From IMG/VR virus record IMGVR_UViG_3300023313_000001, positions 124,001 through 188,000 of that record: a DNA stretch of 64,000 bases, one strand, 5' to 3'. Made by a program: the position numbers and the translations under genes. The notes beneath the pieces were generated by a model. It did not search any database, was not told where the DNA came from, and was given only the letters and a program-made list of their open reading frames with translations. Positions 30,686 to 39,969 of this stretch are shown piece after piece (the stretch's first letter is position 1; each line of letters opens with the position of its first letter).

Positions 30686-31624
30686 ATGGACGAATTATTA
30701 AAAAAATTGCTAGAGGCTGAAATTCTTACTAATGAAACAAAGGAAGAATTGTCTGAAGCATTTACCAAACACATTACAAAAGCTTTAGCTGAAGCTAAAG
30801 ACGAAACCGAAGCACAAGTACGTGCTGATCTAACTGAACAATGGATTAAAGAACGAGAAGTTCTCATTGAAGCAATTGATGGTAAAGTTGGTCAGTTCTT
30901 AACCACAGAACTAGATGACCTAAAGGAAGACGTAAGTCGTTTCCGTGATCTAGAAGCAGAATACGCTGAAAAGATTGTGGAGTCACGTGCATCTATGGGT
31001 GAAGAGCTTAAAGATGACATGGCTAAATTGGTAGAATCCATTGATGGATTCCTACAAGCGCAATTGGTTATTGAATTTAAAGAGTTGCATGAAGACATTG
31101 AAGAGGTTAAGAAAAACCAATTCGGTCGTAAAATTTTTGAATCATTCATGTCAGAATTCAACACCAACTTTGTGGATGAAGAATCTGTACAAGCAAAATT
31201 ACATGAGGCTACAACTAAATTAGATGAAGCCAACACCAAAATTAAAGCAGCTGCAATTAACAACGCAGCACTAATACGCGAAGCTAAAATGACAGAGTTA
31301 TTGGCACCTCTTAATGGGTATCAACGTGAAGTGATGGGAACAATTCTTGAGCCCACAGCCACTGCCAAACTTGATGAAACATACAAAAAATTCATCGGCC
31401 GCATATTAACTGAATCTGTAACACCATCCTCAGGGAAGGAAAAAATAGTACTTGCTGAGAGTGATACAAGAAAACGACCAAAAAAATCCAGAACTCAGGT
31501 GAAGGAATCACGGGTCTCTATAAAAAGTGGAAACCGCGCAGAATCTGCAGTGGAAACGATTACTGAAGGGTCATTATCGGCCAAAGACGTTGCCGCACTT
31601 CGCCGTATGTCCGGTATCCGCTAA
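30686..31624 (+). CDS. gp22: Prohead core scaffold protein
   Basis: Acidic coiled coil with FGRKIFESF; between protease and capsid genes. Confidence 0.85.
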   Translation: MDELLKKLLEAEILTNETKEELSEAFTKHITKALAEAKDETEAQVRADLTEQWIKEREVLIEAIDGKVGQFLTTELDDLKEDVSRFRDLEAEYAEKIVESRASMGEELKDDMAKLVESIDGFLQAQLVIEFKELHEDIEEVKKNQFGRKIFESFMSEFNTNFVDEESVQAKLHEATTKLDEANTKIKAAAINNAALIREAKMTELLAPLNGYQREVMGTILEPTATAKLDETYKKFIGRILTESVTPSSGKEKIVLAESDTRKRPKKSRTQVKESRVSIKSGNRAESAVETITEGSLSAKDVAALRRMSGIR

Positions 31625-31661
31625 TAAATAAAAGTACTATTAACATTCTTAGGAGTTAAAC

Positions 31662-33041
31662 ATGAACATTTTTGAAAATTGGGAAGAAACTAAAACAGTG
31701 ATTATGGATGGACTGTCTGCAAAGCAGCAAGACATCATTAGTCCTCTGTTAGAGAATCAAAAGAACTACTTACTTAATGAAACAGCTGCGGCTGGTTCAG
31801 TAGATGCACATAGCATTGCTGGATTTCGTAAAGTATTAATACCAATGATACGTCGTATCATTCCTGGTACAATCGCAAGTGAATTAGTTGGTGTTCAACC
31901 AATGTCTGGTCCTGTTGGATTAGTTTATTCACTTCGTTTTAAATATAATGACGCTGTTGCACGTGCAGGCGATCCAAATGGAAACATCGCTGCTGGTGAT
32001 GAAATCTTTGGTAACTCTTCACCAATCGGTCGTTTCTACTCAGGTGGAACTGATACAGCTGCTCCAGCTGGTGCCGGTGGTTTTGACGCACAACGTGATG
32101 TATCTGACCTACAAGATGGATCAGTATTAGCTGGAACTGCAGCTGTTGCTGGTATCCCTTCTGGAGATGCTTGGGGATCAAGCCTTGACATTAACGCAAC
32201 TACTGCTCATCGTTCATTTGGTGGATCTGGTAGCTTCATGGAAGGATCTGGCGGTCGTCAAATCAGTCTTGAAATCATCAGCCAAGCAGTTGAAGCTGGA
32301 TCTCGTAAATTGCAAAGTGGTTGGACCATCGAAGCAATGCAAGATCTTAACGCTCAACACGGTCTGGACATTGAATCAGAAATGACTCAAGCAATGTCTG
32401 CAGAAATCGTACAAGAGATTGACAACGAAATCATTGGTGACCTTACAGCTCTTGCTGGTACTGTTACTACTTTTGATGGATCTGTTCCTGCTGGACCAGC
32501 TTTCTACCAACCAGCTTTTGTTGGTGATAGATTTGCTAATCTTGGCGTACAAATCAACTGGGTGGCTAACGAGATTGCTCGTAAGACTCGTCGTGGTGCT
32601 GGTAACTTCATCGTTGTATCTCCAATGATCGTAAGCTTACTACAATCTGCTGCTAAGTCTGTATTTGCTCCTGCAATTGACGGTTCATTCAAAGGTCCTA
32701 ATAACACTATGTTAGTTGGTACTTTAAATGGAACAATCAAAGTATACTCTTATTTGTGGAATCAATCACAACCTACAAGTGCCACTCCTGCTGGAACTGG
32801 TAATGATACAATTCTTGTTGGTTATAAAGGTGGAAATGGAGAGACTGATTCTGGTTATTTCTATTGCCCTTACATTCCATTAATGAGTTCTGGTGTTGTA
32901 ATGAATCCTGTAACTTTCCAACCTGCCATCTCTTTGATGACTCGTTATGGTAAGACTACATTCACTAACAGTACTACATCATTAGGGAATTCTGCTGACT
33001 ACTACGGCAAGATTAATGTTACCACATTAAGCTTCGCTTAA
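31662..33041 (+). CDS. gp23: Major capsid protein (459 aa)
   Basis: LIPMIRRIIPGTIASELVGVQPMSGPVG, SRKLQSGWTIEAMQDL, TRRGAGNFIV, YFYCPYIPL, MTRYG. Confidence 0.96.
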   Translation: MNIFENWEETKTVIMDGLSAKQQDIISPLLENQKNYLLNETAAAGSVDAHSIAGFRKVLIPMIRRIIPGTIASELVGVQPMSGPVGLVYSLRFKYNDAVARAGDPNGNIAAGDEIFGNSSPIGRFYSGGTDTAAPAGAGGFDAQRDVSDLQDGSVLAGTAAVAGIPSGDAWGSSLDINATTAHRSFGGSGSFMEGSGGRQISLEIISQAVEAGSRKLQSGWTIEAMQDLNAQHGLDIESEMTQAMSAEIVQEIDNEIIGDLTALAGTVTTFDGSVPAGPAFYQPAFVGDRFANLGVQINWVANEIARKTRRGAGNFIVVSPMIVSLLQSAAKSVFAPAIDGSFKGPNNTMLVGTLNGTIKVYSYLWNQSQPTSATPAGTGNDTILVGYKGGNGETDSGYFYCPYIPLMSSGVVMNPVTFQPAISLMTRYGKTTFTNSTTSLGNSADYYGKINVTTLSFA

Positions 33042-33049
33042 TTAGTTGT

Positions 33050-33079
33050 AAAAGCCCGCATATAATGCGGGCTTTTTTT
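33050..33079 (+). terminator. Rho-independent terminator after the capsid gene
   Basis: AAAAGCCCGCAT-ATA-ATGCGGGCTTTTTTT. Confidence 0.9.
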
Positions 33080-33181
33080 AATCAACAAGGTAATAGTGGG
33101 GGCAAACACGGCAATACCGTAGAATGTTATATCAATGGCACATATAATAACATAGATACATTAATTGGAATTATAATAAGT

Positions 33182-34807
33182 ATGAGCTACCCACTAAGAT
33201 TGAAAAACATTGGTATAACGTTAATTGATCAATACACAACCGCAAAAGCTCACCACAGAATGAGATGTGACTCATGTAACCACGTATGGTCTGCCACTCC
33301 CATATCCAAACTACAAAACTACAAAAAATACAAAACCAACGGGTGTCCTGCATGTCATACTCACCGAAAGCGAACATTAGCTGATAAGATAAATCGTAAA
33401 AATATATCCAAAATGGAATCGTTGGGTTTCTCCATACAAAGTGAATACACTACATATAAGTCACCGATAGTGGTACGTAATAATAACTGTAATCATACTT
33501 GGACTACTACTCCAGAACGTATAATAGGATCTAATGTAAAATGTAAAATATGCAACGATTTAATCAAACAAACGAGGTTTACCATCCAAAATGCCAAACG
33601 CAAACAAACTTTCAACGATACAGCATCTGATTGGGAGCGCTACAAATCAGATGTACGCAAAAAAACAGAGCAACAGTTCATCCAACACCAATCCACACTT
33701 AATCCGAACAACCATCCTCGAGGTTTGGCTGGGTTGGAAGGGGTGTATCAACTAGATCACATTATCTCTGTGAAATGGTGTTTTGAGAATGATGTACCCT
33801 ATGATAAATGTAGTGATGTATCTAATTTACAATTCATACCGTGGCAACAAAACCTGCATAAAAAGCACCGAATGATAACAGACTATATACCCAAATCAAT
33901 CCAACCATTCTTCATAGATAATCACAGTTCAGCAAATTGTTTATTTGGCATACGTAAACTATTAACAGATAATGATATTATATTTCAGAAAGATGTACGT
34001 GTGTTGAACCCCTATAAGGTAGATATATTCATACCATCTACCGACACAGCTATACGTGTGTATGATATCAACACTGAATGTGAACAAAACATAATGTCCA
34101 CCAACATTCAACGCAACATCATTAAGATAGCAGAAAAACGGAATATTAGATTGATACAATTATTCAGTGATGAATGGATATCCAACCCAGAATTAATCGC
34201 AAGTAAAATACTACACATATGTAAAATGGGTACTACTCAGACTAGAATTCATGCTAGAAAATGTACCATACGCGAAATTAACTCATCTATCAAAAATGAA
34301 TTTCTAAATATGTATCATATACAAGGAACCGATAGATCACAAATATCAATCGGAGCTTATTATGGTGATAAATTAGTGTCTGTCATGACCTTCTCCAAAC
34401 CCAGAAAGATGATGGGACGAAGCCCAGTAGCAGGAGTATGGGAATTGAGTAGGTTGACTACTGATACCCATTTTAGAATACCAGGCATTGCATCCAAACT
34501 GTTAACTTATTTTAAACGCAACCATCGTTGGTCGAAAATTTATAGTTATGCTGACGCTAGGTGGAGCATTGGTAATGTGTATGAACAATTGAAATTTGTT
34601 AAAACACATCACAACAAACCATCTTACTGGTATGTTGTGGATGGTGTACGAAAACATAGATGGGGGTACCGTAAGGATTCTATACGAGAAAGATTTCCAC
34701 ATGTGTACCATAAATCTAAAACTGAGTATGAAATGATGTTAGAATTAGACATAGATCGTATATGGGATGCGGGTACAATCTTGTATCAAATAAATCGTAA
34801 ACAATGA
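33182..34807 (+). CDS. Free-standing endonuclease: Zn-ribbons + HNH + degenerate Vsr-like + Mom/GNAT-like domain
   Basis: CDSCNHVW/CPAC ribbons; LDHIIS...NLQFIPWQQNLHK; IHARKC...HIQG...WELSRL...SYADARWS...RIWDAG. The ORF-track start lies inside the terminator, so the start was moved. Confidence 0.72.
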   Translation: MSYPLRLKNIGITLIDQYTTAKAHHRMRCDSCNHVWSATPISKLQNYKKYKTNGCPACHTHRKRTLADKINRKNISKMESLGFSIQSEYTTYKSPIVVRNNNCNHTWTTTPERIIGSNVKCKICNDLIKQTRFTIQNAKRKQTFNDTASDWERYKSDVRKKTEQQFIQHQSTLNPNNHPRGLAGLEGVYQLDHIISVKWCFENDVPYDKCSDVSNLQFIPWQQNLHKKHRMITDYIPKSIQPFFIDNHSSANCLFGIRKLLTDNDIIFQKDVRVLNPYKVDIFIPSTDTAIRVYDINTECEQNIMSTNIQRNIIKIAEKRNIRLIQLFSDEWISNPELIASKILHICKMGTTQTRIHARKCTIREINSSIKNEFLNMYHIQGTDRSQISIGAYYGDKLVSVMTFSKPRKMMGRSPVAGVWELSRLTTDTHFRIPGIASKLLTYFKRNHRWSKIYSYADARWSIGNVYEQLKFVKTHHNKPSYWYVVDGVRKHRWGYRKDSIRERFPHVYHKSKTEYEMMLELDIDRIWDAGTILYQINRKQ

Positions 34808-34847
34808 ACTGGGGATAAATACTTCAACAGGAAAATAGGAGGCTAAT

Positions 34848-35132
34848 ATGAGTTTATCATATGACCTATCAGCATATGTGGGATCTGTAATATCTGTGAT
34901 GATAGGATATAATGTAGAAATCATTGGGGAGATTGTAACTACAGATCTTCAAAGTGGATGTCTTGTAATGAAAAACATTAGAAGGTTTGATTCAGCTACT
35001 GGTAACCTAACAAAGTGGGTACACTCAATTGATGATATCACTCCAGTTGATATTGGGTTATCCCAAGATAAATTTTTTATGATACCTTCGACATCAATAT
35101 TAGCAGCATACCATGCTATAACATTTGTTTAA
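34848..35132 (+). CDS. Sm/LSm-like small protein
   Basis: YVGSVISVMIGYNVEIIGEIVTTDLQSGCLVMKNIRR fits an Sm1 pattern; GATAAATA and AGGAGG upstream. Confidence 0.55.
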   Translation: MSLSYDLSAYVGSVISVMIGYNVEIIGEIVTTDLQSGCLVMKNIRRFDSATGNLTKWVHSIDDITPVDIGLSQDKFFMIPSTSILAAYHAITFV

Positions 35133-35193
35133 CAGTTGAATTGGTAATATTGATCGCTGATAATAAATCCCTAACAGCACTACGGAGAATCAT

Positions 35194-35475
35194 ATGAATG
35201 GCATATTAGATGGAAAGTTAACAGCAGTAGAATTTGCACGGTTTTTGGAAGAGACTGTACCAGAGTTTTACGCTTATGGATTGCATCACAAGCTGACATT
35301 GATGGAAACCTTAAAAATATTACATATAGAGACCTTTTGTAATGAAAAGGATGTCTTCCAACAATCCACATCACTAAACGATGAGGAATTGCATAGGTAC
35401 CTTCACTCAATGAAGCTTGCAGTGACGTTAAATGTTAGTAGATTAGAGATTTTATACGGCGGCCTATCTAAGTAA
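35194..35475 (+). CDS. Hypothetical protein (93 aa)
   Basis: RBS GGAG; fills the intergenic gap. Confidence 0.6.
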   Translation: MNGILDGKLTAVEFARFLEETVPEFYAYGLHHKLTLMETLKILHIETFCNEKDVFQQSTSLNDEELHRYLHSMKLAVTLNVSRLEILYGGLSK

Positions 35476-35505
35476 CCACTCACACTATGTAAGAAAAGGG
35501 TTTAA

Positions 35506-35844
35506 ATGAAGACATTATCGTTCAAAGAATATATAGAATCTAAATCTCAACTACACACAGCTATCCAACAAGATCCTATCCATGTTGGTGTATATGAGGT
35601 TTATAAGTACTGTCGTATAGCTACAGGGCAAACGAAGCAACTTAGAGAGTATTATAACCTAAAACCCAAGCAACTAATCCGAGTGAAATGGAAGTACCAT
35701 GACATTGACCAGCTACCCGATCCTATGGGAGTGACAATACCCCATCTGAACGAATCGGAGGATCGTGATGTTCTGATTCCTGTGTTCCATACTGGTGAGC
35801 GACTGATCAAGTGGTTACAAACAAACACTAAAGAACTAAGCTAG
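35506..35844 (+). CDS. Hypothetical protein (112 aa)
   Basis: MKTLSFKEYIES N-terminus; RBS AAGGG. Confidence 0.65.
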   Translation: MKTLSFKEYIESKSQLHTAIQQDPIHVGVYEVYKYCRIATGQTKQLREYYNLKPKQLIRVKWKYHDIDQLPDPMGVTIPHLNESEDRDVLIPVFHTGERLIKWLQTNTKELS

Positions 35845-35908
35845 CACAACCCCAGAACAAACTCACTGATAACGTCATAAATACTCCAAAACTATTGGAG
35901 CAATTTAC

Positions 35909-38797
35909 ATGTCAGTTTTCGATCAATATGCAGACACCCCTTACCAAATATTAAACGAAGGGGAACAGATCACTATTAAGTTGGACAGAACTAGTCCAAC
36001 TACTGGTAAAATCACCTGGAATATTCCTGACAATAGTGCTGGCTGTGCAGCAAACGTTCCTCCAGTATACAATGGTATAGTAATAACGCTAGATACCACT
36101 CAAACGTCCGTAAAAAAGCGTCCTGTAGATGGAACCAAATACATCGCAGACCCAACTGGAGACCTCAATCTTCACGTTGGCGACAGAATTGATACAGCAC
36201 TAGTGGTAGGAGCAGTATATGGGGATACCACAACAACATCCATCAACGTTACCAACCTAGACCCAACTATTGCATATTTTGTATCTGGCCACGCAGTCGA
36301 CAGTACAAATAGATACCACCTATCTGGAGTACATTCATACTCTGTAAGTTTTGGCAACCCAGAAGATGTTAGCACAGCTGCTCACCAACAAATCATAGTT
36401 GGACCAGCTGGAATTGGTGTACTTCCAACTGATCCAATAGGATTAGATCCACTAACAACATACACAGTAGATGCTATACTAGATAACGACGCTAAACATA
36501 CGTTCACCTTTGACGGATCCACAATACTATCATATCAAGACCTTATAGATAGTCTATCCTTACAGTCCAAATTGCTAGACAATCCACTACAATCTCCAGC
36601 CATTCCAAACATAGGAATGTACTATTTCAATGCCACCACCAATGAACTATCTTCATGGAATGGTGTAACACATGATTCACAAATTGTACTAATTGAAGAG
36701 ACTGCACCCAACGCACAAAGTATTGGGGATGTATGGTATGACACAGTCAACTCATCGTTGCTTGAGTGGGATGGAACCAACTGGATCCCCCAATCATATA
36801 TTACATACAGCAAGGATCCACGTATTGTGGAATGTGACGATTTATGGTATGACCCGATTAATCAAGTGGTCCACATCTGGACTGGGACTGTATGGGTTCC
36901 AACTACATTTTATACCCAACTAGTAGATCCAGCATTAGCAACACCACTAACTTGTGCAGCACATTGGTTTAATGACCTAACAAATACATTATATGTATAT
37001 GATGACACCTGCTCAAAATGGAATCAGACCCTAGCACTGCTTTGGGATACTGATCCCACAATGTTGACAATCGGCAACAAGTGGTTTGATGAATTAAACA
37101 ACACATTGAATGAGTGGACTGGTGCCAGTTGGGCTATCATTCCTGTGACTATCAGCGAACCTCAACCCACCACTGTCCCTCCTGGTGGATATTGGTACAA
37201 ACCATCCACCATGGAGTTGTTTACAGAGAGTTTGGGGACGTTTACTCTAACTCCTGTATTAGTATGGAACACCGATCCAACCCAACCAACTGCAGGCCAG
37301 CTATGGTGGAATGAATTGACTGACGTGCTATCCCAATGGGACTCATTGTCCTCAATGTGGGACCCAGTAACTTCATTTTTTATCCAAGATTTAGACCCTA
37401 CATTACCTCCAAATATCTCCATAGGAAGCATCTGGGATGATTCGTCTGTGTTCAAAAAGTGGGACGGCTCAGAGTGGGTAGTAGTTGAAATAATTGAACT
37501 ACCTATTCAACCAAATAATATATCTCCAGGTAGGTACTGGTACAATACTAGTACATCTCAATACTTAGAGTGGGATGGAACCACTTGGATAGTAAAAGAG
37601 ACCACTATGTCTGCAGCAGATCCGTACACACCAATCGTTGGAAATTTCTGGTACCAACCATCTACTAACACATTAAATGTATTTGATGGCACTCAGTACA
37701 ATCCTATAACATTCTCGTCTGTTCCACTAACTCCTGCCATAGGATATGTATACTTTGACACATCATTAAATGAACTCAGAACCTGGAATGGATACGGATG
37801 GCAAAATGCTGAACCAAAGTTCACAGTAGCCTGGATTAACAATAATCAATGTATTCAACTGACCACGACACTCTTAGGAAGTTTTGCAAGAATCGACTTT
37901 GGGAACAGCTCTAACCCTCCAGCTTTCTTTAATGCGTTTCAACCAGCTGCTGTTCTTAAAAATGCGATCAGAGGTGGGGATGGACAGTCAACAACATCTT
38001 CATACTACGAAATTGGGGTAGGAGATGATGGCACTCAGGATGAACGCCGTGAACTGATCGACTCAATTCGCCACCAATTTGGATACCCTACAATCGAAGT
38101 GGAACTTACTAAGCAACAAATGAGTTATGCCATAGATGGGGCGTTAGAGTCTATACGTAAACGTTCTGGAATGGCTTATAAACGTGGCTTCTACTTCCTA
38201 GATCTAAAACCACACCAACAACAATACAAATTAACAGATAAACGCAGCGGATTCAATAGAATTGTAGAAGTACTAGACATTCACAGAATAACATCTGCCT
38301 TTTTATCTAATGCAGAGGGACAGGGGGTATATGGTCAATTAGCCCTACAGCATTTATATCAAATGGGGACGTTCGATTTAATCAGTTATCACTTAGTCTC
38401 ACAATATATTGATACAATGGAGCAATTATTTGCATCTAAAGTATTATTCGACTGGAATGAGGACAACAGAACTCTATCAACATTCAAAGATTTTTATAAA
38501 GAAGAACGTGTATTGATTGAAGTTGTTGTAGAGCGTACTGAGCAAAATCTAATGAAAGATAGATACTTAAAAAGTTGGATTGAAAAATACGCTATGGTTC
38601 AATGTCGTATCAACCTAGCAGAGATAAGAGGCAAATACGCTGGTTTACCTGGATCCGGAGGAGGAGTGTCCCTTAATGCAGCTGAATTGTCAGCACGTGC
38701 TGATGCCGATTTAATTGACCTGTATGAACAAATCGATGACTATGTAGCTAACAATCCTGAAGAGTATGGGATGGGTTCCACCTTCGTTCTGGGGTAA
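35909..38797 (+). CDS. gp13: Neck/adaptor protein gp13-like with long Trp-rich repeat insertion (962 aa)
   Basis: C-terminal FGYPTIEVELTKQQMSYAIDGALE...WIEKYA...AEIRGKYAGLPGSGGGVSLNA; late promoter CATAAATA 35876. Confidence 0.78.
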   Translation: MSVFDQYADTPYQILNEGEQITIKLDRTSPTTGKITWNIPDNSAGCAANVPPVYNGIVITLDTTQTSVKKRPVDGTKYIADPTGDLNLHVGDRIDTALVVGAVYGDTTTTSINVTNLDPTIAYFVSGHAVDSTNRYHLSGVHSYSVSFGNPEDVSTAAHQQIIVGPAGIGVLPTDPIGLDPLTTYTVDAILDNDAKHTFTFDGSTILSYQDLIDSLSLQSKLLDNPLQSPAIPNIGMYYFNATTNELSSWNGVTHDSQIVLIEETAPNAQSIGDVWYDTVNSSLLEWDGTNWIPQSYITYSKDPRIVECDDLWYDPINQVVHIWTGTVWVPTTFYTQLVDPALATPLTCAAHWFNDLTNTLYVYDDTCSKWNQTLALLWDTDPTMLTIGNKWFDELNNTLNEWTGASWAIIPVTISEPQPTTVPPGGYWYKPSTMELFTESLGTFTLTPVLVWNTDPTQPTAGQLWWNELTDVLSQWDSLSSMWDPVTSFFIQDLDPTLPPNISIGSIWDDSSVFKKWDGSEWVVVEIIELPIQPNNISPGRYWYNTSTSQYLEWDGTTWIVKETTMSAADPYTPIVGNFWYQPSTNTLNVFDGTQYNPITFSSVPLTPAIGYVYFDTSLNELRTWNGYGWQNAEPKFTVAWINNNQCIQLTTTLLGSFARIDFGNSSNPPAFFNAFQPAAVLKNAIRGGDGQSTTSSYYEIGVGDDGTQDERRELIDSIRHQFGYPTIEVELTKQQMSYAIDGALESIRKRSGMAYKRGFYFLDLKPHQQQYKLTDKRSGFNRIVEVLDIHRITSAFLSNAEGQGVYGQLALQHLYQMGTFDLISYHLVSQYIDTMEQLFASKVLFDWNEDNRTLSTFKDFYKEERVLIEVVVERTEQNLMKDRYLKSWIEKYAMVQCRINLAEIRGKYAGLPGSGGGVSLNAAELSARADADLIDLYEQIDDYVANNPEEYGMGSTFVLG

Positions 38798-38856
38798 TAT
38801 TGTAGTCCACTCAGTCTACTTTTAGTATAATTGATTATCTAAATTAGGAGAGCAAT

Positions 38857-39936
38857 ATTAAAAAAATCACACACCAGGAATATGTTAATTGGATTCGCGT
38901 TAATAGACCTGAATATGAGGTAGTTGACCAGTACATCAACACCTCTACGAAAATAACCCACAGACATATTCCAACTAACCATACTTGGATGTGTTCTCCT
39001 GATAAATTCAAACGTGGAGTGTCTCATCCATATATCTCCAGAAAAACTCCAATGAGGGTAAGTCAGGATGATTATTGTGAATGGGTGAAAACAAATCGTC
39101 CAGAGTTTAAAGTATTGGGAACATATGTAAATATTAAAACAAAAATTCTTCACGTTCACACACTAACATCTACCTTATGGAATTGCACTCCAAATAAGTT
39201 CAAGAACTACCACAACCCTCCATCATTCACCAACAACGATCGTATAACTAATGAATCATACGATAAATTTTTAATAGACAATAACATTGAATTAGAACGA
39301 GTTGGGAATGTAACACGTAAGATGAACATACTAGAACATAAATCTACAAGCACAGGCGTTCGTGTTAATGTACGCCCAAGCACCATCTACCTAAACAGAC
39401 GTTATGATATAAGCAAAATACGCAATAAATCAGATTATGTAATGTGGTTAAAGACTCACAGACCAGAGTATGAACTGATTGGGGAATATACTACATCTCA
39501 TACTAAAACTATCCACAAGCACATCCCTACAGGAGTAGAATGGAATGTCAAACCCAATAATATTCAACAAGGTCAATGTAGTCCGCATCTATCAACTAAT
39601 GGATATTCAAAACGATCCATACAGTGGATGAATTTCATCAGCCAACAAGAAGGAATTGATATACAGCATGCTGAAAATGGTGGAGAGTACACTATACCAA
39701 ATGTAGGTAAGGTTGATGGATATAATGCTGACCATAACATAGTATTTGAGTACCACGGTGACTTCTGGCATGGTAACCCTGCAATTTACAACCCAACAGA
39801 TACGAATCCGATAAGTCATAAAACGTATGGTCAATTGTATGAGCACACTAAGATCCGTGATAACAATATTGTGGAACAAGGCTACACGCTAATTACGATT
39901 TGGGATAGCCAACTGGATTATATTCTGCAACCATAA
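38857..39936 (+). CDS. Free-standing Vsr/PD-(D/E)XK-like endonuclease with N-terminal repeats; probable ATT start
   Basis: W...NRPE(Y/F) repeats; KVDGYN...VFEYHGDFWHGNP...GYTLITIWDS; frame open from 38848, AGGAG 6 nt before ATT 38857. Confidence 0.7.
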   Translation: MKKITHQEYVNWIRVNRPEYEVVDQYINTSTKITHRHIPTNHTWMCSPDKFKRGVSHPYISRKTPMRVSQDDYCEWVKTNRPEFKVLGTYVNIKTKILHVHTLTSTLWNCTPNKFKNYHNPPSFTNNDRITNESYDKFLIDNNIELERVGNVTRKMNILEHKSTSTGVRVNVRPSTIYLNRRYDISKIRNKSDYVMWLKTHRPEYELIGEYTTSHTKTIHKHIPTGVEWNVKPNNIQQGQCSPHLSTNGYSKRSIQWMNFISQQEGIDIQHAENGGEYTIPNVGKVDGYNADHNIVFEYHGDFWHGNPAIYNPTDTNPISHKTYGQLYEHTKIRDNNIVEQGYTLITIWDSQLDYILQP

Positions 39937-39969
39937 ATAGTATAACAATTACAATTCGAGAAAATAGCA

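Noticed and set aside
33065-33181. ORF-track N-terminal extension of the endonuclease after gp23
   Set aside because: The start lies inside the capsid terminator hairpin
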